Source: Octopus sinensis (taxonomy: Eukaryota). From it: 32,602 nucleotides of DNA. This document shows positions 1 through 12,200 of this stretch, in pieces. The stretch covers positions 1-32,602 of the forward strand of contig NW_021832813.1 of assembly GCF_006345805.1 (NCBI RefSeq). The letters run 5' to 3'. Both the position numbers and the translations under genes were made by a program. Position 1 is the first letter of the stretch. Every line of letters starts with the position of its first letter. The notes beneath the pieces are model-generated. The model did not search any database. It was not told the DNA's origin and worked only from the letters and a program-made list of their open reading frames with translations.

Positions 1-1011
1 AATACGTAAAGCAACAGTCGTCAAATGCAAAAGCCAAAGAACTGTTTATTGCTTAAATATCACTTACAATATTCATTATAAAACAGCATTAAGTCTGGCG
101 TATAGGTGTCCACATGAGGTATGTACTATGGAAGAGTACGTTGTGTTTATCCTAATGTGGAAGCGTTTGAGAACAAAAGGTTTAAGGTTAATTATGATGT
201 CCGATTCAACTGGAAGTTGTATATATTGTGAGCTGAACGGCTTTCCTTCATTTTATTGGCCTCGGGACAGTTTTGAAAAGGTTCACTGTGTTACGATTCA
301 CTGTCAATCAATTTTTCCTTATTTAGAAGAAACAGTCAACAGTTTTAACGTCTCAGGAATCTTTAATGCCCAAACCAAACGTAACAACCCCCAAAATCAC
401 CAAACATCTCTACAACTTAACACCGTCCAAATTAACTCTTTTCACCTATACAAACCGTCCAATGGATGGAGGTGGGGCGGCGTTTGCTAGTTACTATATA
501 AATGAATATATTTCAGCAACAGCCATATGTGGCCGCTTCATCCAATGGAGTACGATTAATTCCTGTTGGACTTTTCTGAATTCTCTGAGGTACATTAATT
601 TCCACCAATCAAATTATCAGATTCCGGGAGGACACAAGCATAAACACAGACGTAATATTACAACAATAGCTCCCATAACTATGGCAATAACAGAGTCATG
701 GTGACCTTCAGTGTGCCCACAGCATTAATAATTAAGAAAAAAACAATAATGCCAAACGTAATCTTATTTCAGTGATGGTGGCATTTAAATAAAATAAAAA
801 TGAAAATATAAATAAGAAAAAAACGAAGATGACATTTAACAAATGATGGATTAAGTGTGTCAATCAATTGATTGCAACAAATGAACAAACATAAAATAAA
901 ATAAAAAATTAAAAGCATAATTAAAACATTGTGTTATCTTTTTACGACTTCGGTTAACTGTTTTGAAGAATCTTCTATCTCCATTATTTTTTATGCAATC
1001 TGGTTATTTGG

Positions 1012-1244
1012 AAGGCGGCGAGCTGGCAAAATCGTTAGCACGCCGGGCGAAATGCTTAGCGGTATTCAGTCTGCTGTTACGTTCTGAGTTCAAATTCCGC
1101 CGAGGTCGACTTTACCTTTCATCCTTTCGGGGTCGATGAATTAAGTACCAGTGACGCACTAGGGTCGATGTAATCGACTTAAGTCGTTTGTCTGTACTTG
1201 TTTGTCGCCTCTATGTTAAGCCCCTTGCGGGCAATAAAGAAATA
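1012..1244 (+). mobile_element. tRNA-derived SINE, copy A (family 1, tail type 1)
   Basis: A-box-like AGCTGGCAAAATCGTTAGC and B-box GAGTTCAAATTCC, central GGTCGACTTT.CCTTTCATCCTTTCGGGGTCGA..AATTAAGTACC domain, tail ending CAATAAAGAAATA. The same body recurs at least 8 times in the window. Confidence 0.9.
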
Positions 1245-1668
1245 GGTATTTCGTCTGCCATTACGTTCTGAGTTCAAATTCCGCCGAGGTCGACTTTGCC
1301 TTTCATCCTTTCGAGGTCGATTAATTAAGTACCTATTTCTTTATTACCCACAAGGGGCTAAACATAGAGGGGACAAACAAGGACAGACATAGGCATTAAG
1401 TTGATTACATCAACCCCAGTGCGTAACTGGTACTTAATTTATCGACCCCGAAAGGATGAAAGGCAAAGTCGACCTCGGCGGAATTTGAACTCACAACGTA
1501 ACCGCAGCCGAAATACCGCTAAGCATTTCGCCCGACGTGCTAACGTTTCTGCCAGGTCGATTAATTAAGTACCAGTTACGCACTGGGGTCGATATAATCG
1601 ACTTAATCCGTTTGTCTGGCCTTATTTGTTCCGTCTGTGTGTAGCCCCTTGTGGACAGTAAAGAATTA
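1245..1668 (+). mobile_element. SINE copy B (5'-truncated), split by inverted copy C
   Basis: Body 1245-1333 resumes at 1574-1668. AGGTCGATTAATTAAGTACC is duplicated at 1314-1333 and 1554-1573. Confidence 0.85.
1334..1553 (-). mobile_element. SINE copy C, inserted antisense into copy B with a 20-bp TSD
   Basis: Reverse complement of the family-1 body and tail; flanked by a perfect 20-bp direct repeat. Confidence 0.9.
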
Positions 1669-1846
1669 AGAAACGTTAGCATGCCAGTGAAATGATTAGC
1701 AGTATTTCGTCAGCCGCTACGTTCTGAGTTCAAATTCCGCCGAGGTCGACTTTGCCTTTCATCCTTTCGGGATGCGTACCGGCGTTGATCTAATCGACTG
1801 CCTCCCCTCCCCCAAAAATTCTGGCCTTGTGCCTAGAGTAGAAAAG
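1669..1846 (+). mobile_element. SINE copy D (family 1, tail type 2, internal deletion)
   Basis: Starts AGAAACGTTAGC, has the B-box, ends GGCCTTGTGCCTAGAGTAGAAAAG like the copy at 30490-30692. Confidence 0.85.
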
Positions 1847-2267
1847 AATCTGGCTGTTTGGATTTCAGTGGCATCTATGAAGTCTGTTGGTCATTAATTT
1901 TTAAGTTACTGGCCAGCTTTCTATCACACGTTCCATACGTCAGTCTAAATTTACTATCTCTTTCTTTTTCTTCTAAAATACACTCACCTTATCTTTTACC
2001 CTTACAAGCACTCAGGTCAATACATTCACTAATATGTGCATTAATTTCTATTCTCCCAATTCTTATCAATGTTCAGTTCACTCCTTTCCAACTGTTATAT
2101 ATTATATTGCTGCTTACCCTTCTACCCGAAATTATTCACTTCTAAAAACTATATACTGTCTTGCTTTAGTTGCGGTTTCTAGCGAATATTTGCTTTTCTA
2201 AACATTAAATTACAATATAATAAATATTAAAATATTTATGTTCCTATGAATTATAATATATATATAT

Positions 2268-2343
<76 letters not shown>

Positions 2344-2516
2344 CATAGAGGAGAGATGTTCATAAAGACTTCCCCTGACGCACTTCCATTCATTGCAGGA
2401 AATGGAGCTTGTACACATATACTTATATATGTCTTTACATGTCATATTGTAAATTGCAGCTTTCCACTAGAATTCGTTCGTCTGTTACGCTTGTTGAAGT
2501 GAATTAGAGTGTTATA

Positions 2517-4008
2517 ATGGAGGTAGCTGAATGCAGATCATTGATCAGGTTCTTATACTTGAAAGGTCGTACACCAAAAGATACTTTCGATGAGATGAAA
2601 ATAGTTTATGGTAACGATGAACCACCATACGACGTAGTCAAAACTTGGCATATTTATTAATCCTTCTCGACATGGCCACCACCAATGGTGACGCTCTTCT
2701 CCCATCGCTTTATGCAGCTGTGAAGACCTCGTCTGTAGAAGTCAGCAGGTTGCGTCTGGAGCCAAGTCTTTACCTCGGAAATATGTTCACCAGCATCTGA
2801 AAAGTGCTTCCCCTTCAAAAAGAGATTTCAAGGTTGGAAAGAAGTGGAAGTCAGATGGGGTGTGGTCAGGAGAATAAGGGGATGAGGAAGGATTTTATAG
2901 CCGCAGGAGTCTGGGCAACATACGCATTGTGAGCCAGTGTGTTGTCTTTGAAGAGGCAGACGCCTTTGGCCAGCATACCATTCCTCTATACTTTGATGGT
3001 ATCCCTAAATTTCAGCAGCATAGAAGCATAATATAGTGCCCTTTGCCAGAAAATCCATCCGCATCGGAAATATGTTCACCAGCATCTGAAAAGTGCTTCG
3101 CATCGCCAGTTCAAATGTGGTCTGATATTGATAGAAACTGCTCCTATTCCTGGATGACCAATATTCCGCCATTGATAACGACAGACTTCATAAATTGGAA
3201 GCCGCCATTTTGAAGGATCACCGCATACCAATTCGGTAATAAACCCAAGAAGTGATGATAAGTGTAGGGTTCGTGAAAAAAATCCTTCACGACCATTTAC
3301 ACATGTGGAAGTTATTTGCACGATGGATTCTCCGGATTCTCACACTATTTCAGAAGCAGGAATGAGTCAATTGCTCCGAGACCCTTTTGGCAATGTGCCA
3401 AGAAAATAAGGAGGACCTTTTCGACAGACTTATCACACAGGATGAAACATGGGTCCAACACTATGATCCTAAAACTAAAGTTCAGTCGATGCGATGGAAG
3501 CATGATAACTCACCACTTCCAAAGAAGGCTCGTGTCCAACCCTCAGCAAGAAAGAGGATGTTCACAGTCTTTTGGGACCAGCGTGGAGTTGTGAGGATGG
3601 ATTTTCTGGCAAAGGGCACTATATTATGCTTCTCTGCTGCAGAAATTTCGGGATACCATCAAAGTATAGAGGCATGGTATGCTGGCCAAAGGCGTCCGCC
3701 TCTTCAAAGACAACACATTGGCTCACAATGCGCATGTTGCCCAGATAAAAGCACACTCCTGCGGCTATAAAATCCTTCCTCATCCCCTTACTCTCCTGAC
3801 CACACTCCATCTGACTTCCACTTCTTTCCAACCTTGAAGTCTTTTTTTGAAGGGGAAGCACTTTTCAGATGCTGGTTAACATATTTCCGAGGTAAAGACT
3901 TGGCTCCAGACGCAACCTGCTGACTTCTACAGACGAGGTCTTCAGAGCTGCATAAAGCAATGGGAGAAGAGCGTCACCATTGGTGGTGGCCATGTCGAGA
4001 AGGATTAA
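2517..4008 (+). pseudogene. Mariner transposase pseudogene
   Basis: N-terminus MEVAECRSLIRFLYLKGRTPKDTFDEMKIVYG (2517-2650), resuming HRQFKCG at 3100. Motifs ARWILRILT (WVPxxL), ITQDETWVQHYDP, DNTLAH (DNAPxH), PYSPDHTPSDFHFFPTLK (YSPDLAPSD); stop TAA at 4006-4008. Multiple stops and frameshifts. Confidence 0.92.
2639..3060 (-). repeat. ~420 bp inverted copy of 3595-4026 (3' third of the same mariner)
   Basis: By-eye alignment gives about 15 substitutions plus one 10-bp deletion. Both arms share the same deletion after AAGGGCACT. Confidence 0.95.
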
Positions 4009-4083
4009 TAACTATGCCAAGTTTTGTTTATCCCAGTCATTAGGTAGTGGGTCAAGGGAAATCTTTAATGAACACCCCTCGCA

Positions 4084-4111
4084 TATATGCATATATATAA
4101 ATATATATATA

Positions 4112-4149
<38 letters not shown>

Positions 4150-4280
4150 AATATGTGTGTGTGTGTGCGTGTGCGCGTGCATGTGTGTGTGTGTGTGTGT
4201 GCGTGTGTGTGTGTATGTTTGTGCGTGTATATATATGTTCGTGTGTGCATGTGTATACATGTATGGATGTGCGTGTGCGC
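4084..4280. repeat. Compound (TA)n/(TG)n microsatellite
   Basis: Directly visible dinucleotide runs. Confidence 0.95.
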
Positions 4281-5356
4281 ATAAAAGATAATTCGGATGT
4301 TAACCCTGGAATTTAACAAATGTCTCACGTGATCGTGTGCTGGAAATGAAATAAGAAGATTATGGAAGAGTAATCTTAAATATTGAGGAGTATCAAAATC
4401 GTTATATTTACACGTTGTACATTTATTATCGCATATAAATAATTATGCCAGAAAATTAAGAAAGACGAAACTTATTCACACTTCATAGTAGACAGTACGT
4501 TTCATACACAATAAGAATACGTAACAGTTTCTGTGCGTTCTTAAAATGGCGAACAATGCTTCGTCATGATGGAAATGATAGAACAATTGTAAATACGTGC
4601 AGTGGAATTGTGGGGGGAACATAAACAAAAAGGGCCACATGGTGAAGAACGACAGGAGTTGCTATGGCTAGAAAAGGTTTTACAAAAAGCAAACGCAACA
4701 AACACAACATCAAGGACAACAATTACTACGACTACTGCTATTACTATTGCTTATTGCTACTACTACTATTACTACTACAACTGGTATTAAGGTGATTAGA
4801 CGGATGCTCCGGAAGCGCGAAGAGGGTACGTTACCTACCTCGATAAGTTAGAGTCGTGCCTGTAAATAATGAGGTATGGCTTGCAGGTTAGAGAGGAGCA
4901 TTTACACGGGTAGAAAACATAGCAAAACTCACATGAAGCAGCAATAGAAGGTTTAAAGCATTTACGGGTTCAGGAAGTTAACAAGAAAAATATAACATGA
5001 AGAAAAAAAGGAAATAAATAAATAAATAAAATGCAGAAATCGTTAGCCCTCGTTAGCCACGTGGGTAGCCGCGAGCAGACGTAGACATTTCGGATCTCCC
5101 AGTCGGGGATTTAGCCGAAGATCAAATATATCACAGTTGGAGGAAGAATAAGCAGAACAAGAGGAAACACGTATGATACAGAGTCGTTGAAGAGGTGACA
5201 GGTGTGTGACGAAAAAAGCATTATAAAGAAACTAAAATTGTGATAGTAAAGCTGGAGTGAAGACCCAATATATAGTGCGTGTGTTTAATTGGCAAAATAT
5301 GACCATCACCAAGTATAACAACACACACACACAAATACACACACACACATACATGT

Positions 5357-5745
5357 GGTGGCTGTCTACTCCTTATGCAGTGTTTGAAGATCTCTTGTAC
5401 TTAGATCTTAGATCCATCATGGCGTCGGACGCGTCTTTTTAAACCAGACAATGTATTGAAAAGAAACCCACATAGATTGCAATATCCAATTTGGACCACC
5501 TGGAGCTGCAGATAAGCTGCTGATTTTTGTGGATCTTAAGATGTCTTTTGCGGCCTCCGTTAGATTTGCAAACCATTCTGGTATACATTGCGCTGAAAGG
5601 AGTGCACAGACATATAGACAGAATAGTTGGTGGAGCTTCGTTTTTCATGGATGCGCAAATGAGATATCCTAGAAAATGTAAGGATTGGTGTGTCACAAAC
5701 TGTGCCCCCCAAAACAGAAAAATATCACTGAGATTCATCTTCTCG
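5357..5745 (-). pseudogene. Degenerate tandem C2H2 zinc-finger coding remnant, probably the 3' end of an RTE-type LINE
   Basis: Minus-strand motifs ..RISHLRIH (5664-5647), ..VCKSNGGRKRHLKIH (~5573-5529) and CNLCGFLFNTLSGLKRRVRRH (5481-5419), in shifting frames, followed by a short 3' segment and a TG/CA repeat. The RTE assignment is an inference. Confidence 0.55.
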
Positions 5746-5778
<33 letters not shown>

Positions 5779-6019
5779 GTACAGGGTGATTGAAAATTAA
5801 GTCCTTATTCTAAAATACCTATAAATTATTTATTAATTGTAATATTTTTTTTCAATTTTCTCATGTTTGTTTATTGAAGCGTATATAAAACCTCTCATGT
5901 TCCTATTTTTGTAAAGATTACAACTAATAAATATTTCCTATTAAAAAATTGGGAGTTACGTTTCAATATATATATATATATATATGCTATATGTGTGTGT
6001 GTGTGCATGTGTGTGTGTG

Positions 6020-6672
6020 TGTGTGTGTATTATATATACGCACACATGAAAAAGTATACAAATCATATACACACACAACATATCTGATATAATATGTGAT
6101 GTGTGTGTTTATATATTATATGTGGTGTGTTGTGTTATTATATTACGAACACATGAAAAAGTATTACAAAGTATATATAAACACAACACATATTATATAT
6201 ATAGTATGGATATATAGTGTGTGTGTGTGATGTATTATGCTACCACATGAAAAAGTTACCAAGTATATACACACACTTATATAGGTGTATATAATATACA
6301 GTGGGTTTGTTCTTAGCGTATCGTTGTTTATATAATGTGTATATATATATATGTGGTGTGTGTGTGTATTATATATACGCACACATGAAAAAGTATACAA
6401 AGTATATATAAACACACACATATATATATATGTGTATATATATATATGTGTGTGTGTGTGTGTATAATATATACGCACACATGAAAAAGTATACAAAGTA
6501 TATATAAACACACACATATATATATATATGTGTATATATATATATATATGTGTGTGTGTGTATAATATATACGCACACATGAAAAAGTATACAAAGTATA
6601 TATACACACACATAAATATATATATATATATATGTGTATATATATATATATGTGTGTGTGTGTATTATATAT

Positions 6673-6742
<70 letters not shown>

Positions 6743-6830
6743 ATGTGTGTATTATATATACGCACACATGAAAAGGTATAGAAAGTATATATACACTTAT
6801 ATATGTATGTATATATATATATATGTGTGT
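6020..6830. repeat. Composite minisatellite, ~97 bp unit, 7-8 copies
   Basis: Anchor TATATACGCACACATGAAAAAGTATACAAAG at ~6041, 6150, 6244, 6382, 6478, 6576 and 6765, separated by TA/TG/CA runs. Confidence 0.9.
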
Positions 6831-6882
6831 GTATATGTGTGTATATGTGTGTGTGTGTGCGCGCGTGTGTGTGTATGTAGGA

Positions 6883-6924
<42 letters not shown>

Positions 6925-7131
6925 GACGGTGTGTGTGTGTAAATGCTGCTTCAAAGGATGGAGTAGTGAATAGAGGTTTTCAAAGAGACCGATTCGTGCC
7001 AATATGAAGTGTAAATGTATCATTGAGAAGAATATTTTCAGACAAGTTTTCACCTGTTTTTTACTTTATTTCATCTGCACACATTATAACTGCACGTAAT
7101 AACATTCTTTAGAAATCGTAAGGGTTTTCTT

Positions 7132-7132
<1 letters not shown>

Positions 7133-7184
<52 letters not shown>
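7133..7184. repeat. (CTAT)13 microsatellite, left flank of the LINE
   Basis: Perfect 52-bp run. Confidence 0.97.
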
Positions 7185-7514
7185 TGATTGACGGATGTGA
7201 TGTCGTTTCAGCTCCGAAGGTAATCATTTATTTTGACTATTTATAGGCCAATTTTTGTGTAGATTTTTGCAAATAAGGTGTGTAAGGCAACCAACTTCGT
7301 TTGGGTGCTTTTCCAAGGGATAATTCGCCCCTAGGGGCAGTTTCGACCCCATTTCATTTCTGTTATTTTCTTCTCGACATTAGAAAATGTCTAGAAATTT
7401 TATTGTTGAACGCTGGTCGCGTTCTTTTTTGGGAACAAAATTTTTCCTAGTCTGGAAACGACAGAGAAAAAAAAAGAACGTTCCACGGAAAATGCCAACG
7501 TAAAATTCGGTGAG

Positions 7515-9224
7515 ATGAACGCTGCAACCACGTGCGTTAACAGCCCTGTCACCACCGCCACCACCACCACTAACAACAGCAACCACGAGACAACAACTGC
7601 TACCTACCACCACCTCCACACCACCACCACCACTACCCGCGACCAACATAATGATAAAAATAAACTGAAACGAAAACTATTGACAAAAACAACAGCAACA
7701 ACAAGAACAACAATAAAAATGAACTATCTAATAGTGAAGATCCAATACAAAAAGTCAACAACAGTAAATTTCGCAGATATTCTTCGCCAGAAAAAGGAGA
7801 TTTTACATTCACAAATGAAGAGCTCATGAAACAAGAGCTCTCTTTACAACCCGTGGACAAGATTTAGTCCTGCATACACCTCAACATATAAAAGAAGAAA
7901 TGAAAATAAGACAATTGTATATAAAATTATTAGAAAAAACAAAAACCAAATGAACAGATTACAAAAACTGATGTGGAAAATTTTAAAAATATAATGAAAA
8001 AAAAGAGTATATAAACTGGGTCCCAGTTTAACACAGTAGTGGTCCGCTTCCCTAACCAGGAAGTGGCAAAAGCTCACTCTACTGAGTCTCTGGAAATGAT
8101 GAATCATCATGGTCCCTTATTATAAAAACCAGAGGTGAGTAAAATTACTATCAGAAATGTACCCCCCGATATGCCGAACAAATGGATAACAGGGGCAATC
8201 TGTTACCACTTGAAAAAGATCAATATTCTAGAAACAGCCGTGTACCTAAACGACAATTGGGGTGGAAAAACAGTAGTTGTGACCATCCAGATTGAGGGGG
8301 CCTCTATCGAGAGCCTACCCGACAAGATATACTTGGAGAATGGGCAATGCCTATATGTTATGGCAGAAGGCAAAAAGCCTAGATGCTACAAATGTGGCAG
8401 CCCCGAACATTTGATTGCCAAGTGCGATCTGGTACAGAAAAACAAGAAAGAACATTCAGAAACAAATAAAATCCCTTTGTTGCCAACACCAACACCAACA
8501 CACTCAATTATGGAACAACGCCAAGAAAAACAACAAACCCCAACACATCACCAAGAAAAACAGTACCAACACAATCACCGTTGACGTCACAACCAATTAA
8601 ACTTGTTGAATCTTCAAAAATCGACCACACCCACCCCAGGACGACAATAAAAGACAGAGAACACTGACGAGAAGACAAATGCTACCCCCTAACACCACAA
8701 CAACACAAAACCGCACAAAACATCAACAATTTATACAAGCATACATAGTGATCCTGTTCTTTTTCCTCTACCCCATACTGATACCTCGGACGACGAAAGT
8801 TCGACGGAATGGCAAATAGCCACAGGGGGTAAAAGAAAAAGATCCAAAAAATCCACAAACAAGGAATTAAAGCAGGGAGATATCTCACTCAGGACAACAT
8901 TCCCCTAGACAATCAAAAAGTAATGAACCCGTAAAACCACACACACAACTAACTGCAATAGACACAGACAATAAAGAATTAATGGACTACATCAAATCTA
9001 ACATGGTCGTCTGTGAAGATGATTTTAAGACAAACAATCATCCGCACACCACACCACCGAAACACATCAGAATTTTACACATAACACAAGCACAACACCA
9101 CATACTGAAAACATTATTTCCGAATGCGGTAGGCGGTATCAACGATACCTGTCGAAAAAACTATACAAACACCTCATCAAAAACGATACAAAAGAAGAAG
9201 AAAAAAATGAAACTTTTAAAATGA
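7515..9224 (+). pseudogene. LINE ORF1 (gag-like, CCHC zinc knuckle), frameshifted as assembled
   Basis: Thr-rich N-terminus, then VSKITIRNVPPDMP...AEGKKPRCYKCGSPEHLIAKC (C-X2-C-X4-H-X4-C, ~8384-8427), low-complexity C-terminus, stop TGA at 9222-9224. Many frame breaks fall in A runs. Confidence 0.75.
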
Positions 9225-9298
9225 GTAAGTGACCTCACTTCTTGCCTCTTGTCTCTTCTAATATAGTGTGTAAAACACAATTTTCGTAATTGTCAAGT

Positions 9299-12200
9299 AT
9301 GCTTAAATTAGGTTGTGTGAATGCGCGTGGCTTGGCGTCGGCTTGGAAGCAAGGTTACCTTCTAAACGACATCAAGTCACTGGACGTGGATATAGTAGCT
9401 ATCACGAAACCAGACTCAGTAAGCCGCGGGCCCTCGAGTCCATGTTTGGCAATCAATTTGACATTTATTTTTCTCCCTGTCTGCCGAACATGGTGTGGTG
9501 GAGGTACTGCGGTGCTTTTTCGAAAGAGTCTAAAGGTAAAAGTAAGAGCAATATTCCTAGACCGGAGGGTAGGCTGGTTGTCTTGGACGTGGATGGCAGA
9601 AATGGGTGTGCATTCCGTCTGATGGCAGTTTATGCACCGTCCTTAACGGGTCGGGCGGATTTCTTCAGACGTCTAGAGGTTTTCCTGGGTACGTCTAGAC
9701 CTTTACTGTTAGTAGGGGATTGGAACGCTACCTTGGACACGCATCTAGATTATGTGGGAAGGGATAGGAATAGAAGGGGGTGTAAGAGCCTCAAAGACCT
9801 GCTCAGACGTTTCCATTTGTCTGACAGGTTCCGACTCGACCATCCGAACGTGCCAACGTGGACTTGGACAAACCGCGTCGGATCGTCGAGATCTTATCTA
9901 GATAGAATTCTATGCAGGACAGCGGATAGGGATAGTGTAGGATGTCCACAATTTAAAATAGTCAGCTACACAGATCACAAATTTGTTACGTGTACGCTCG
10001 ACTTAGATAAAACACATAGGCAGGGTCCCGGTTACTGGAAACTGAACACGTCGCTGTTAGCGCGACAGGTTTACAGGAACCGGATTAGCGAGTTAATTAA
10101 GAGGGCGCTGACGGGAGCGGTCGTTAACAACCGCTGGTGGTACGCCCTGAAAATGGCAATAAAATCGGAATCAATTAGGTTTAGCAAGGAATTAGCGATA
10201 GAACGAAATAGAGTAGAGGGAGACTTAGTTAAGAAACTAGAAGAGGCACTTACCACTGGCAGCGCAACCAACGTGCTAGCTGCGAGGATGGCCCTCGACC
10301 AACACCTCAACGCCAAGCACGAAGGTTGCGTCGTCAGAGCTAAAATGCGTGCCTTAAGGAACGAAGGGATTGAAGCTGCGCGAGAGGCCCGGGTAGCGGA
10401 GGCGCAGCGTGGCAACAGATCAACCATTCGGTCTCTAATAGATCAACAGGGATGCAGTTTACTCGAACCCGAAAGGATGTGTGAGGCCTTTCAACAGCAC
10501 TTTGCTCGACTGTTTGGTGCGAGTGGTGGGTCGGAACGAGGGATGGATTTCAGTGCCTACCTGACCGACCTGCCGCGGCTCTCGGCAAGAGAGGCGGAGT
10601 GTTGTGAAAGTCCCATCACAGCCGCTGACGTGTGGGATGCGATGGCGGGCTGCGCGAGGGATAAGTCGCCTGGATTGGATGGTTTACCCTACGAGCTGTA
10701 TTGTCGAATGCCAGACTTGTTTGGCGAACTCTTGGCATCAGTCTACTGCAACTGGCAACAAAACGGGAGAATCCCCGGTTTCGTGAGCCGAGGTGCAGTG
10801 ACGTTGCTGAAGAAAGACTCAAACAAGGGGAATTTTATAGATAATTTCAGGCCCATCACTCTGCTAAACGCAGATTTGAAAATTTTGGCCAAAGTAATAG
10901 CTGAGAGGTTGGCGCTTGTCATTGGTAAACTGGTCGACAGGGCGCAAACATGCGCCGTGCCGGGCAGAACCATACATGACAACCTCCATCTGATGCGCTA
11001 CATTGTGGACAGGGTAGTTAAGGATCCTGGCATGGGTGGGGCGCTGATAAATTTGGATCAGTCTAAAGCCTTCGATAGGGTCGACCATCGGTACTTGGCG
11101 GCCGTCCTCAGGGCGGCTGGCTTCGGTCCCGTCTTCCGCGGTTGGATCGCTGCCTTGTATAGCGGCATCCGATCGGTGATTCGGGTAAACGGTCACCTGT
11201 CTAAACCGTTTGACATCACGCGTTCGGTCCGTCAGGGGTGTCCCCTGTCGGCGCTTCTGTATGTATTGACTCTCGAGCCGCTACTGCGGAAGCTGGCGAC
11301 ACTGAGGGGCATCCCACGGGAACTGGGTTGCGGGACGAGCGTGTCGGCATATGCGGACGATGTCACCGTCATAGTGTCGAGCTACCAGCACATCGAGCTG
11401 GTCGGCGAGACACTAAGAAATATGAAACGGTGACGGGAGCAAAGATTAACCCGGAAAAGTCAGTGGGTTTGCTACTCGGCACCTGGAGAAGCAAGCCCAT
11501 GCCGTCCGACTGCGGCTCAGTAGTGGGACGCTGGACGGACGGACCGGTTAAATTGCTCGGGGTCTGGTTCAGTCCGGACCTCCAAATGGATAAGAACTGG
11601 GACGAGATCACGAGTAGAGTGGTCGCTCTCAGCCAAACATGGGCCGAGAGAAAGCTGTCTCTAAAAGGCCGGGCGGAGGTGGCGAACGCGTACATCGCAT
11701 CCGTCATCGATTACCGCCTGACCGTCGTCGTACCTTTCCCGACGCCACCATCACCAAACTGGAACGCATACTCTTCCGCTTCCTGTGGAGGGTGGCGTTC
11801 CGATGGTGAGGAAGTCCATTTGCTGTCAACATCCGTTGAATGGAGGACTGGGCATGCCGTGGTTGATGATGCGCAGGCATGCGCTGAGACTGCGACATCT
11901 CTGGAAATTCATCGACGACGGTGAACAGGTGTGGGCGCCGTTTGTGAGGCGCGACTTCCCGCAGCTCGTCTCACTGACCGAACTGCAAACGTGGATCAAA
12001 AAGAGACCGAAACTGGGCGATTGGCACCGAGAGTGTCGCCAAGCTCTACAGCAGCTCTGCCGACCGGGGTCAAACTTGTGCAACTTCCAAACGACTAAAG
12101 CGTTCTATAGAGGACTAGTGGAGGGGAGGTCCGACGACACACTCGGGGCAAACCTGGGCGTCGACGAGGAATTCCTAACCCGCCTGTTCAGGACGACGTT

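Larger units (their letters stand above)
2346..4083 (+). mobile_element. Mariner (Tc1/mariner, D,D34D, irritans-like) DNA transposon, rearranged and non-autonomous
   Basis: Imperfect ~35-40 bp TIRs: ..TGTTCATAAAGACTTCCCCTGACGCACT at ~2350-2385 versus AGTGGGTCAAGGGAAATCTTTAATGAACACCCCTCG at 4046-4081. Sits in TA repeats. About 1.29 kb, the usual mariner size, once the ~450 bp of templated insertions are removed. Confidence 0.93.

Noticed and set aside
68-125. Minus-strand YIPHVDTYTPDLMLFYNEY followed by GTAAGT, loosely like the Cys-loop receptor W-x-P-D-I-x-L-Y-N motif
   Set aside because: The invariant Trp is missing, the match is short and there are no supporting exons.
110-330. Resemblance to cytochrome b (MYYGS.., PxGQ..FW..) suggesting a NUMT
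   Set aside because: Spacing between the two motifs (~136 nt) does not fit cytochrome b (~96-102 nt), and the flanking sequence does not match.
5780-5965. TACAGGGTG start resembling a Tc1/mariner TIR
   Set aside because: No partner inverted end found.
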